A DNA stretch of 64,000 nucleotides from Vicinamibacterales bacterium (GTDB lineage: Bacteria > Acidobacteriota > Vicinamibacteria > Vicinamibacterales > UBA8438). Shown in pieces: positions 48,107 through 58,399 of this stretch. Location: NCBI GenBank assembly GCA_965246995.1, contig OZ252008.1:562323-626322 (forward strand). Direction: 5' to 3'. The notes under the pieces are model-generated. The model was not told the origin of the DNA. It ran no database searches and worked only from the letters and a program-made list of their open reading frames with translations. Every line of letters starts with the position of its first letter. Positions within the stretch are counted from its first letter, which is position 1. The position numbers and the translations under genes were made by a program.

Positions 48107-48220
48107 ACCGCCCACGGCCGCGGATTGCCGACAGTCGCCGAGTGTGCACTGTCCGTTTGGGTGTAGAATTGATGTTAATAGAAGGGTGGCTTATATACCG
48201 CGTTGAGGAGGATCTGGACG

Positions 48221-51158
48221 ATGAGAAAGACTCTGACAATCGCGCTCAGCCTTGCATTCGCGCTAACGGTCACGGCGAGCGCTTTTGCGCAGGGCCGCCA
48301 GACCGGAACCATCGGTGGCACCGCGGTGGACGCCCAGGGGCTTTCGCTCCCCGGTGTGACGATTACGGTCAGTTCGCCTTCCATGCAGGGGATGCGCACG
48401 GCTGTCAGTGATATCAACGGCAACTACTCGCTGCCGCAGCTCCCGCCGGGTGTGTACGCGGTGGTTTTCACGCTTTCCGGCTTCGGCGATGTCGAGGAGA
48501 TAGCCACGGTGCCGCTTGGCGGCGAGGTCGGCGTGAACGCGGTCATGGCGCCCGGCGGCGTCACCGAGACGGTGCAGGTAGTAGGCGTCGTCCCGGCGGA
48601 AATCCAGACGACGGAGACCGCCTCGAACATGGTGGTCGATGAAGTGAACGCGTTGCCGATGGGTCGGTCGCCGTTCGCTATCGCCGCGATTCAGCCCGGT
48701 CTGAATACGAACACGCCGAATGGCGGGCAGCTCGCGATCAACGGCGCGTTCGCGTACGACAACGTCTACCTGGTGGACGGTGTCGATACGAACGACAACC
48801 TGTTCGGGACGTCGAACGGGCTCTATGTCGCCGACGCGATCGAGGAGACGCAGGTACTCACCTCCGGGATCTCCGCCGAGTACGGTCGGTTCTCCGGCGG
48901 CGTCGTCAACGTCATCACGAAGAGCGGCGGCAACACGTTCTCGGGCAGTTGGCGCACGAATCTCGACAACCCGACGTGGGAAGGGCTCAACCCCTACGAG
49001 GTGGAGAACGAGGTGGAGCGGGAGGACATCCTGAACCAGACGCATGAGGCGACGCTCGGCGGACCGATCGCACGTGACCGCCTCTGGTTCTTCTCCTCGT
49101 ACCGCCGCGCGCGGACCACCACCAGCGACAGTTTCGCGCAGACCGCCATCTCGTACAACCATAGGACCAACAACGACCGGAACCAGATCAAGCTGACCGC
49201 CACGCTCGCGCCGGGACACACGCTGTCCGGCCAGTACATGCGGAACCAGACGTCCCGGTTCGACCGCCCCACCTTCGGCTTCAGCATCACGCCGGACACG
49301 CAGAACGACGCGGGGCGGCCGAACGACCTGTATGTCACGACCTACCGCGGCAGCCTGAGCCAGAACGTCTTTGCGGAGGCCCAGGTGTCGCAGAAGCGGC
49401 AGGGCTTCCGGGGCGGCGGCGGCACCGAGACCGCCATCGGGTACTCACCCTTCATCACCCTGACGCAGCAGTTGGGCCACTTCAACGGGCCCTACTTTGA
49501 CGCAACGGACCCGGAAGATCGGAACAACCTGCAGGTGACGGGCAACGTCACCTGGTACAAGGCGACGGAGTCATTCGGTTCGCACAACATCAAGGTGGGC
49601 TTCGAGAGCTACCGCTCGACCCGGACCGGCGGCAACTCGCAGTCGTCGACCGGCTTCGTCTTCGACGCCGACTACAAGGTGGATGCGAACGGCGACCCGG
49701 TCCTGGTCGACAACCGGCTGATCCCGGTGTTCTCTCAGTTCGACTCATTGATCGAGGACTGGAGGCCGGCGCGCGGGGCAAGGATCAACATCAGCACCAG
49801 GTCGTTCTTCATCAACGACAACTGGGCGTTCAACGATTACCTCTCGTTCAACCTCGGCGTGCGGGGTGAGATGGTCACGGGCGAGTCGACGCCGGGGGAC
49901 ATAACAACCGTCGACACGCGCTCGATTGTCCCGCGCGTCGCCGCGTCACTGGACCCGCTGGGTGACGGCCGCTTCTCGATTCAGGCGACCTACAGCCACT
50001 ACTCCGGGAAGTACAGCGAGGCGCAGTTCGCGGAGAACACGAACGTCGGGAAGCCGAGCCTGCTGTACCGTGTCTACACGGGTCCGACGCACGAGTGCCC
50101 GGGCCTGCCGAACGCGACGGCAGCGGACTGCCCCGGACTCGACCCCAACAACTACTTCACGGTCTTCGGCTCCTTTCCGACGCAGAATGTCTTCGCCGAC
50201 GACCGGCTCAATTCGCCCGTCACCAAGGAGTTCACGCTGTCGAGCGGCGCGACGCTCGGGACACGCGGGTACTTCCAGGCGACCTACGTCCGCCGCCGCT
50301 CGGGTAGCTTCGTGGAGGATTACCAGGACCTGACGACCGGGACGACGACGCTCATGGATCCGGACACCGGGGAGGAGTTCGGCACGTTCACGAACCAGGT
50401 CTTCGCGAACCCCGGCGACCTGGGGGACGACGCGGACGTCCTGCAGCGGAACTACGACGGGCTGCAGTTCGAGGCCCGGTACCAGCTCTTCGATAGGCTG
50501 TTGCTGAACGGTTCCACGACGATCCAGCTCAACAGCGAGGGGAACTTCGACGGCGAAGGAACCAACCAGCCTGGCGTCTCGTCGGTCTACGGCGATTGGC
50601 CGGAAGTGACGCCGGCGGATCGGTTCTATCCGTGGGGCCGCCTCGACGACTACCAGAAGCACCGGGTCCGCGTCTGGGGGGATCTACACCCTCGGCATGG
50701 GCTTCATGGGAGACCTGGATGTCGGCGGTTTCTGGCGTTACGACTCGGCCGAGAACTACAGCCTCGCGTCGAGCGCCTTCCGAGTGAGTTCCGAACAGCA
50801 GGCGATCCTCGACGAGCTCGGCTACATCGATGGTCCCACGTCTCGGACGCTCTACTACGACTCGGGTCGCGGGTCGGAGCCCTACAACGGCGTGGGTCGG
50901 TTCGACCTGTCGCTCCACTACGACATCCCGGTCTGGCGGGACCTGCGGCCGTGGCTGAAGTTCGATTGGTACAACGTGACCAATAACGACAAGCTGGTCC
51001 TCTTCAACACGACCATTCGGCATGACTCGAGCGGCCCGACGGACGCGTTGGGGATCCCGACCATGTACACCGAAGGGATCAACTTTGGCGAAGCGACCTC
51101 AGCCGGCCACTACCCGTCGGCACGGTCGTTCCTGATTTCCTTGGGCCTCCGTTTCTAG
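48221..51158 (+). CDS. TonB-dependent receptor-like outer-membrane protein with an N-terminal carboxypeptidase-regulatory-like domain, interrupted by a 1-nt frameshift in a G6 tract (50676-50681)
   Basis: It has a signal peptide, GTIGGTAVDAQGLSLPGVTITV...INGNYSLPQLPPGVY (the CarboxypepD_reg pattern) and a plug region. The frame-2 ORF decays into low-complexity text after ...HRVRVWG. The frame-0 ORF (50697-51158) continues IYTLGMGFMGDLDVGGFWRYDS... and ends in the barrel-type ...LISLGLRF. Confidence 0.75.
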
Positions 51159-51182
51159 CCCAGCGTTCCGGTAGTTCGACGA

Positions 51183-51226
51183 CCCCCGGGGGGCGCCACG
51201 CGGGTGGCCTCCCGGGGTTTCGTCTG
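51183..51226 (+). terminator. Putative intrinsic terminator after the receptor gene
   Basis: CCCCCGGGGGGCGCCACGCGGGTGGCCTCCCGGGG forms a long GC hairpin (CCCCGGG/CCCGGGG plus GCCAC/GTGGC), followed by TTTCGTCTGT, a short U tract. Confidence 0.45.
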
Positions 51227-51369
51227 TACGGCGCGCGTAGGTTTGTTGACGCCGACCGCGAGGATGTAGTGTCGGCTACTGGTCCCGATCCGCCTTTTCG
51301 AATCGGAGGCGGGCCGGCGCGGTCTCGTCGGACCGACCCACAGTTGGGTCCAGCGAGAGGAGCATTGCC

Positions 51370-53574
51370 ATGAAAGGGCTGATCGCCCTTGTCGTCGTCG
51401 TCTTCACCGGCGCGTCGGCGTCTGCTGCTCCCCTGACCTGCGACCTGGGCCAATACACGGCGAAGGACGGGCTCGCGGTAACCGTCGAATCGGATGTGCT
51501 GAGCGTCGCGTGGGCCGGCGACGACGGCAGCGACCTGCGGATGCGTTTTGTCATCCAGGACGGGCAGCCGATCGTGCGGGAGCTGGCGATTCGCCGGCAG
51601 GGCGGCGCCTGGGCCACGCTCGGTCAGGATCTCACACCCGAATTCCATGTCACGAGCGGCGTCCGCCGGCTGTCGTACCAGCAGTCACGGCCGCTCGAGG
51701 GGACGGGCGTCGAAATCGACCAGGAGGTGATCGACAGAGAGAAGTGGTACGTCTTCTGGGACGCGCCGCTTCTCGTTCCCGGCGTGACCGAGGGCAGAAA
51801 TCCCCGGAACTGGGGTCTCCCGCGCTCGCCGGAGGAAATCCGTCACATGGATGCGTCGTTCGCCACCTCGTCGTGCAGCGTGAAGACGGATGGCGCGCGC
51901 CTGGAGGTGACCTTTCCGGGCCTGTCGATGGGCATCTTCGCCGGCAATCTGCGCTTCACGGTCTATCGCGGCACGAACCTCGTGCGGATGGAGGCCATCG
52001 CGATGACCGAGGAGGACTCGGTCGCCTACATCTACGAAGGGGGCTTGCGCGGCTTTTCGACCGACACGCTGTCGCGTGTGGTGTGGAACGACCTCGGCGG
52101 CAACGCGCAACAGTACGGGTTCGGCGGCGTGACGAACGACACGAGGGTCGCGGTGAGGGCCGCCAACCGCGTGCTGGTCGCAGAAGGCCAGGGCGGGTCG
52201 GTCGCGGCGTTTCCGCCGCCCCACGCCTTCTTCTGGACACGGGAAGTGGACATCAATCTCGGTTACGTGTGGTACCGGCACGACGAGGGTGACCAGTTCG
52301 GCATCGGCGTGCGGCAGCACGATCGTGAAGAAGACCCGCGCTACGTCGAGAACTTCGCGTTGTACAACGCGCCGCCGGGCACCATGCAGCGGATGGCGAT
52401 GTACTTCTACGCCGGGACCGGCCCCGCGGAGGCCACACGCCAGGATGTGCTCGCCTTCACCTACGGTGACAAGTTCAAGGCGGTCCCGGGCTACCAGACG
52501 TTCGTTAACCACTTCCACCTCCGGTTCACCGAGCGGCAGCGCGCGCTCGGGTCGCTGGACTACAAGTTCCCGGACCTGGAGGCGATGAAGGCGGTGGGCC
52601 TCAACATCGTCGGGTTGAGCGATTTCCACGGCGACATGAATCCGAACGACCCTGGCCCGCTGCGGTTCGATGACTGGCGCGACTACGGCCTGGCGTCGCA
52701 GAAGGCCTCCGACGCCGACTTCCTCGTGACGCCCTGGGAAGAGCCGAGCGCGTACTTCGGCGGACACTTCAACACGATGTTCCCCAAGGTCGTGTACTGG
52801 TCGAAGGTGCGCGAGCCGGGGCAGCCGTACACCGAGCACGACCCCACCTACGGGACGGTGTACCACGTCGGCAACACGGATGACATGCAGCAGCTCCTGG
52901 ACGACGAGGACGGCTACTGGTTCCATGCGCACCCGCGCACCAAAGGCACGACGGGGTACCCGGATCACCTCTTCGACACGTCGTATCTGCGCAACGACCG
53001 CTACCTGGGCGTCGCCTTCAAGCCGGGCATGGGCCAGGATCTGTCGGAAAAGCGGATGTGCGAGTATCGCTGCTTCGACGCGGTGGACACGATGAACAAC
53101 CTCCTGGCCGGCTCCGGTCTGCGGCCGAAGTACATCATCGCGGACGTCGATACGTATCAGAAGGGCCCGAACGACGACATCTATGCGAACTTCCCGGTCA
53201 ACTACGTCAAGCTGGAGCGGTTGCCGAGGGCGGACGAGGACTGGAGCCCGATCCTGACCGCGCTCCGGAACGGCGACTTCTTCGTGACGACGGGCGAGGT
53301 TCTGATTACGAACCATGCTGTCGAAGGCACTGGGAACACGCGGACGTTCGGGGCCGACGTGCAGTGGACGTACCCGCTTGAATTCGTCGAAGTGGTCTGG
53401 GGCGATGGCACGAACATCGACCGGCGCATTGTCTCCGCCACCGATCTGCCTCCGTTCGGATCCCGGCGGTTCGAGATCCCGTTCGACGCCACCGGGAAGG
53501 CGTGGGTCCGCTTTGCCGTTTGGGACTCGGCCGGTAACGGCGCCTTCGTGCAGCCGATGTGGGTGAAGCCATGA
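51370..53574 (+). CDS. Secreted protein of unknown function, paralogue A (734 aa), with His-rich metal-hydrolase-like motifs in the C-terminal half
   Basis: It has a signal peptide. The motifs FVNHFHLRF, GLSDFHGD, GGHFNTMFP and WFHAHPRTKGTTGYPD suggest a metal-dependent (PHP-like?) fold. No confident family assignment is possible. Confidence 0.6.
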   Translation: MKGLIALVVVVFTGASASAAPLTCDLGQYTAKDGLAVTVESDVLSVAWAGDDGSDLRMRFVIQDGQPIVRELAIRRQGGAWATLGQDLTPEFHVTSGVRRLSYQQSRPLEGTGVEIDQEVIDREKWYVFWDAPLLVPGVTEGRNPRNWGLPRSPEEIRHMDASFATSSCSVKTDGARLEVTFPGLSMGIFAGNLRFTVYRGTNLVRMEAIAMTEEDSVAYIYEGGLRGFSTDTLSRVVWNDLGGNAQQYGFGGVTNDTRVAVRAANRVLVAEGQGGSVAAFPPPHAFFWTREVDINLGYVWYRHDEGDQFGIGVRQHDREEDPRYVENFALYNAPPGTMQRMAMYFYAGTGPAEATRQDVLAFTYGDKFKAVPGYQTFVNHFHLRFTERQRALGSLDYKFPDLEAMKAVGLNIVGLSDFHGDMNPNDPGPLRFDDWRDYGLASQKASDADFLVTPWEEPSAYFGGHFNTMFPKVVYWSKVREPGQPYTEHDPTYGTVYHVGNTDDMQQLLDDEDGYWFHAHPRTKGTTGYPDHLFDTSYLRNDRYLGVAFKPGMGQDLSEKRMCEYRCFDAVDTMNNLLAGSGLRPKYIIADVDTYQKGPNDDIYANFPVNYVKLERLPRADEDWSPILTALRNGDFFVTTGEVLITNHAVEGTGNTRTFGADVQWTYPLEFVEVVWGDGTNIDRRIVSATDLPPFGSRRFEIPFDATGKAWVRFAVWDSAGNGAFVQPMWVKP

Positions 53575-55838
53575 TGAAGACCACGATCACATCTGTCGCG
53601 TCCGTACTCTCCGTGACCGCGCTGGCCGCAGCTACCGTTGGGTTCGGCGCGTCGCCGGCGTATGCCGAGGCGCTGAACTGCAGTCTGACCGGATACCAGG
53701 CATCGCCAGGGCTGACCGCCGCCGTGGCCGATGACACACTGGCCCTCACCTGGGACGGGGACCCTGGCCAGGAAGTACGGCTCAGGCTGATGATCTCGGG
53801 CGGCGCGCCCACGATTCTGGACCTCGCGGTGCGGCGCAAGGGCGCGCGGTGGGCCACGCTGGTCAGCAACGCGAGGCCTGAATTCCGGGTAGCCTCCGGT
53901 CTGCGCCGGATCACCAATCAGCAACTGCGGCCGCTCCAGGCGCTCGGCGTCGACATCACGGCGGAGATCATCGACGAGGAAAAGTGGGACGCGTTCTGGG
54001 ACGCGCCCTTGAACCTCCCGGGCGGCGACGCGGCCCACGGAAACTCGACACCCCCGCTCGAGGGCCTCGATCATCAGCCGGGGCTGCCGCGCCTGCCGGA
54101 AGAGGTCACGCGCGCCACCGCGACGTATCAGGCGCAGGGATGCGAAGTGACGACCAACGGGGCGCGCCTTGAAGTGACCTTCCCCGGCGTCGAGTTGGGC
54201 GTCTTTGCCGGCCGGCTGCAATACACGGTGTTCCGGGGCACGAACCTGATCCGGCAGGAGGTCATTGCCAAGACAGACGAACCGTCGGTGGCCTACAAGT
54301 ACGAGGCCGGTCTCAGCGGGTTGGCGATTCAGCCGACGTCCCGGATGGTATGGCGCGACATCTCGAATCTCTGGCAGGACTATCAGTTCGGCGGCGCTCT
54401 GAACGAGAGCCCGGTGTCTCTGAAATCGAGCAACCGGCTGGTCGTTGCCGAAGTTCCAGGGGGGGCTATTGCGGCGTTCCCGCCGCCGCACAATTTCTTT
54501 TGGGCCCGCGAACTCGAGTTCAACCTCGGGTACACCTGGTATCGCAAGGATAGCGAGACGTCGTTCTCGTTCGGCGTCCGACAGCCCGACGGCGAGGAAG
54601 AGCCGACAGGCGTGGGCCGCGGAGCCGAGGATATCCGGCAGAACTCCGCGCTCCGCAGCGCGAGGCCGGGCACCTGGCAGCGGATGCCGGTCTTTTTCTA
54701 TGTCAGCGCCGGATCCGGCGAGGCCACGCTGGAGTCGGCGCTGGCCTTCACCCGCCAGGACACCTTCAAGCCGCTCGAAGGCCACAAGGTCATGGCGACC
54801 CACTTTCATACCCGATTCGTGCGGCGGCTGCAGGCATCCGGCATGGACACGAGGATTCGCGAGCTCGATGCGATGAAGGCGATCGGGATCAACATCCTGG
54901 GGCTGGGCGAGAGTTCGCGCGGCCCCGATCGCCTGAAGAACCAGGCTGATTACTTCGAAGGCGCCCGGCGACATTCCGACAAGGACTTCCTGATCATGCC
55001 GAGCGAGGAGGATTTTTCCGGCAATCTCGGCGGGCACAACGACGTCCTGCCGTCGAAGCCGGTCTTCTGGACGCAAGGCCGCGCCGATGGCCAAGCGTTT
55101 GTCGAGGAGCATCCCACGTACGGCACGGTCTATCACGTCGGCAACCCGGCGGACATGATGGAGATGGCCAAGCGGGAGAACATGCTCATCTACATGGCCC
55201 ATCCGCGCTCGAAGGGCTCGACCGGATTTCCGGACGCGATCAAGGACACGGCCCACTTTCGGCACGAGCACTATCGGGGGATCGGCTGGCGCTGGGGGAT
55301 GGGCATCGACGGGTCGGAGCGGCGCCTGTGCGAGCTTCGCTGCCTGGACCTGTTGGACGACATGAACAACTGGGTCGCCGACCAACCCACCCCGGCCAAG
55401 TATCTGCATGCCATTTCAGAGACCTATCAGAAGGGACCGGGGGACGACATCTACGCGAACAATCCGGTCAGCTACGTGAAGATCGATCAGCTCCCCGGGT
55501 CCGACGACTGGAGCCCGATCATCGACGCCATGAAGCGCGGCGACTACTTCGTGACCTCGGGAGAGGTGTTGATCCCCTCCTACGGCATCGAGGGAACTGG
55601 CGCCGACAGCACGATCATCGCCGAAGTGGAGTGGACCTTTCCGCTGGAATTCGTCGAGGTCGTCTGGGGAGACGGGCAGACGACTGACCGGCAGATCGTC
55701 TCGGCGACCGACCTGTTGCCGTTCGGCCGCCAACGGTTCGAAATCCCGTTCGACGCCACCGGGAAGAAATGGGTGCGTTTCGCCGCGTGGGACTCGGCAG
55801 GTAACGGCGCACTCGTGCAGCCGATCAAGCTCCAGTGA
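53571..55838 (+). CDS. Secreted protein of unknown function, paralogue B (755 aa)
   Basis: Its ATGA overlaps the stop of paralogue A. It is colinear with A (for example FPGVELGVFAGRLQYTVFRGTNLIRQE against FPGLSMGIFAGNLRFTVYRGTNLVRME, and the same C-terminal ...WVRFAAWDSAGNGALVQP). Confidence 0.6.
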   Translation: MMKTTITSVASVLSVTALAAATVGFGASPAYAEALNCSLTGYQASPGLTAAVADDTLALTWDGDPGQEVRLRLMISGGAPTILDLAVRRKGARWATLVSNARPEFRVASGLRRITNQQLRPLQALGVDITAEIIDEEKWDAFWDAPLNLPGGDAAHGNSTPPLEGLDHQPGLPRLPEEVTRATATYQAQGCEVTTNGARLEVTFPGVELGVFAGRLQYTVFRGTNLIRQEVIAKTDEPSVAYKYEAGLSGLAIQPTSRMVWRDISNLWQDYQFGGALNESPVSLKSSNRLVVAEVPGGAIAAFPPPHNFFWARELEFNLGYTWYRKDSETSFSFGVRQPDGEEEPTGVGRGAEDIRQNSALRSARPGTWQRMPVFFYVSAGSGEATLESALAFTRQDTFKPLEGHKVMATHFHTRFVRRLQASGMDTRIRELDAMKAIGINILGLGESSRGPDRLKNQADYFEGARRHSDKDFLIMPSEEDFSGNLGGHNDVLPSKPVFWTQGRADGQAFVEEHPTYGTVYHVGNPADMMEMAKRENMLIYMAHPRSKGSTGFPDAIKDTAHFRHEHYRGIGWRWGMGIDGSERRLCELRCLDLLDDMNNWVADQPTPAKYLHAISETYQKGPGDDIYANNPVSYVKIDQLPGSDDWSPIIDAMKRGDYFVTSGEVLIPSYGIEGTGADSTIIAEVEWTFPLEFVEVVWGDGQTTDRQIVSATDLLPFGRQRFEIPFDATGKKWVRFAAWDSAGNGALVQPIKLQ

Positions 55839-55875
55839 GGTTCCCGCCGCGAACGGGGGTCCGCGCGGCGAACCG

Positions 55876-57363
55876 TCAGCCCGCCGTCTTCACGTCCTCG
55901 TACAGCAGGACGCCCTGTTCGTCGTAGAAACGGAACGCCGCGGTCGGCGTCTCGCCGGGCGTGACGACGACATTCAGGAAACCGCCGGTCGGCTCGTCGT
56001 ACGTGTAGTACTGCATCACGAGCGCGTCGGGGTCGTTGGAGTCCGGGTCGCCCGGCGGCCGCCCGACACGGGAGTTGGCGTCGACGAGGGCGCCGGTCGA
56101 GAACTCTTCGAAGCCGGATGGGTCGAGCGAGTGGTACTGCCAGTGCCGGTCGCCGGTGACGATGTAGAGGTGCTTCTCAAGGAAGCCGTTCTCCGTCAGC
56201 CAGTCAACCAGGGCGTCGCGCTCCGCCCGGAAGCCGAGCGGGTTCGAGTGGTTGTCCCGCTTGGCCGGGTCGTGTCCCTCCGCCGCCCGTCCCGCCTGGT
56301 TGGCGTCGTCCGGGCCGATCATCGGGGTCGGTGAGATCAGGATCTTGAACGTCGCGTCGCTCGCGAGCAGCGTCTCCTTGAACCAGGCGAGCTGCTCGGC
56401 GCCCCAGAGCGTCTTGTCGGGCCCCGGCTCCATCATGTTCGCGCTCCGGTAGTCGCGTCCCTCGACCAGCCAGATCTGGAGATCCCGGCTGACGCGGTGC
56501 GTTCGGTAGGTCACCGGGTCGGGGTCGTTCGGGTCGGCCACCGGCACCTGCTCGAGGAAGATGCGACGTCCGAGTTCGGGGAGCGGCGCGACGTCGGTCG
56601 TGTTGTCGCAGTCGTTGAAGCGGTAGTCGTGATCGTCCTTCTGCCAGTACGTCGGCGTGTCCGCGAAGAAGTCGATGAAACGCTGCCGGCCGAGCTGTTC
56701 ATGCCACTTCCTGCGCATCGTGGGCGCGGTGTCGGCCCGCCCGTCGTACGGCGCGTCGTAGTAGACGTTGTCGCCGGTCGCGATGAAGAAGTCGGGCTCG
56801 AGGGCCAGCATCGACACGAGGCCCGGGAACCCGAGTTCCTTGTCGGGCCCGGTGTACATCCGGTTCGGGTTGTTGTAGAACTGGTGATAGTTCATCCCGG
56901 TGACGACGGTGAAGCTGGTTTGCGCCTCCGCGTCCGGACCCGGGTGGGTAGCGAACGAGCGGGTCGGTCCGCTCTCGGCGTTGTCGGGGTTAGGGCCGTA
57001 CAGGACACGGTAGAGGTACTCGGTCCCGGGCGTCAGGCCCGCGATCTGCGCCTTGACGATGTGGTCGTTCTCCGCCGTCGCCTCCAGCCAGGGGGTGACC
57101 CGCGGCGCCGCAAACTCCGGGTTGGTCGTAATCTCGAACCGCACGACGCCTGCCATGCCCGGCAGGTCGCCATCGACCCATCCCGACTTCGCGGTGAGGC
57201 GTGTCTGAAGGACGATGGAGGTATCGGTGGCCTCGCCGGCGATCTCCCCCTGCCCGTTCGTCATCAGGATCTCCACCGGCTCCGGCGCGCTCGTGCATGC
57301 CGCGGCCGCCACTGCAACCGCCGCAATCAGGTGTCTCTTCGTAGTCGCCATCGGAACCTCCAT
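55876..57363 (-). CDS. PhoD-like alkaline phosphatase/phosphodiesterase (metallophosphatase)
   Basis: It has a lipoprotein-like signal (AAVAVAAAAC). FIATGDNVYYD...WQKDDHDYRFNDC...HSNP... are PhoD-family motifs. The likely start is the ATG at 57351. Confidence 0.8.
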   Translation of the reverse strand: MEVPMATTKRHLIAAVAVAAAACTSAPEPVEILMTNGQGEIAGEATDTSIVLQTRLTAKSGWVDGDLPGMAGVVRFEITTNPEFAAPRVTPWLEATAENDHIVKAQIAGLTPGTEYLYRVLYGPNPDNAESGPTRSFATHPGPDAEAQTSFTVVTGMNYHQFYNNPNRMYTGPDKELGFPGLVSMLALEPDFFIATGDNVYYDAPYDGRADTAPTMRRKWHEQLGRQRFIDFFADTPTYWQKDDHDYRFNDCDNTTDVAPLPELGRRIFLEQVPVADPNDPDPVTYRTHRVSRDLQIWLVEGRDYRSANMMEPGPDKTLWGAEQLAWFKETLLASDATFKILISPTPMIGPDDANQAGRAAEGHDPAKRDNHSNPLGFRAERDALVDWLTENGFLEKHLYIVTGDRHWQYHSLDPSGFEEFSTGALVDANSRVGRPPGDPDSNDPDALVMQYYTYDEPTGGFLNVVVTPGETPTAAFRFYDEQGVLLYEDVKTAG

Positions 57364-57526
57364 GAATGCCCAAGCCTAGCCTAACCGCGGGCAGTGCTAC
57401 GCACCCGCCCGTGAGCGCCGGCGCAATGAAACCGCCCACTTATAATGGGCCGATGGCCAGCGAGTTCCGCCGCTTCGTCATCGACAATGACGGCTCGGTC
57501 ATCGACCTCACCACCCACCGCCACTA

Positions 57527-58399
57527 ATGCTGGCAGCAGAGCGGCATCGTAAGCGGGGGCTCTTCAAGAGCGAAGACCGACCGGCGGAGCTGGGGTGGCG
57601 GTTCCGCCTGCACGAGATCATCTTCGAAGCGGACACGCCCGCCGGCAAGCTCTTCGACGTCGCACTGCTGCTTGCCATCATCGCCAGCGTGGCGGTGGTG
57701 ATGCTCGAGAGCCTGCCGAACGTGCGGCCGCAGTTCGCCTCCCTGCTCCTCCAGATCGAGTGGGTGTTCACGCTCCTGTTCACCGTCGAGTACGCCGCGC
57801 GCATCGCGGCGGTGCGGTATCCGTCGCGCTACATCTTCAGTTTCTTCGGGTTGATTGACCTGATGGCGATCATCCCCACCTGGATCAGCCTGGTACTGCC
57901 CGGGGGCCAGGCGCTGATCGCGATCCGCGTGGTCCGGCTGATCCGCGTATTCCGTGTCCTGAAGCTCGGGCACTACCTGATGGGCGCGGAAGAGCTGACG
58001 GATGCGTTGCGCGAGAGCCGGCCGAGGATAGTCGTCTTTATGGCCGCAGTCGCGTCGATCGCGGTGGTGATGGGCGCGTTGATCTACCTGGTCGAAGGGG
58101 AGGAAAACGGCTTCACGTCGATCCCGCGGGGGGTCTACTGGGCCATCGTGACGATAACGACGGTCGGTTACGGCGACATCTCGCCGCAGACCACCGTCGG
58201 GCAGTTCGCCGCCGTGATCCTGATGCTGATTGGCTACGGGATCATCGCGGTGCCTACCGGCATCTTTTCGGCCGCCATCGCGCGGCGGGGGACGGACCCG
58301 ATATCGACGCAGGCGTGCCTGGAATGCAGCCGGGAGGGTCACGACCCGGACGCCGAGTTCTGCAAGCACTGCGGCGCCGACCTGCACCCGGGGGACTAG
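57527..58399 (+). CDS. Voltage-gated K+ channel (6-TM Kv-type) with a C-terminal zinc-ribbon tail
   Basis: The S4 segment is IRVVRLIRVFRVLKLGH and the selectivity filter is TTVGYGD. The tail is CLECSREGHDPDAEFCKHCGADL (CxxC...CxxC). The stop TAG (58397-58399) lies in the CTAG flank of the IS. Confidence 0.85.
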   Translation: MLAAERHRKRGLFKSEDRPAELGWRFRLHEIIFEADTPAGKLFDVALLLAIIASVAVVMLESLPNVRPQFASLLLQIEWVFTLLFTVEYAARIAAVRYPSRYIFSFFGLIDLMAIIPTWISLVLPGGQALIAIRVVRLIRVFRVLKLGHYLMGAEELTDALRESRPRIVVFMAAVASIAVVMGALIYLVEGEENGFTSIPRGVYWAIVTITTVGYGDISPQTTVGQFAAVILMLIGYGIIAVPTGIFSAAIARRGTDPISTQACLECSREGHDPDAEFCKHCGADLHPGD

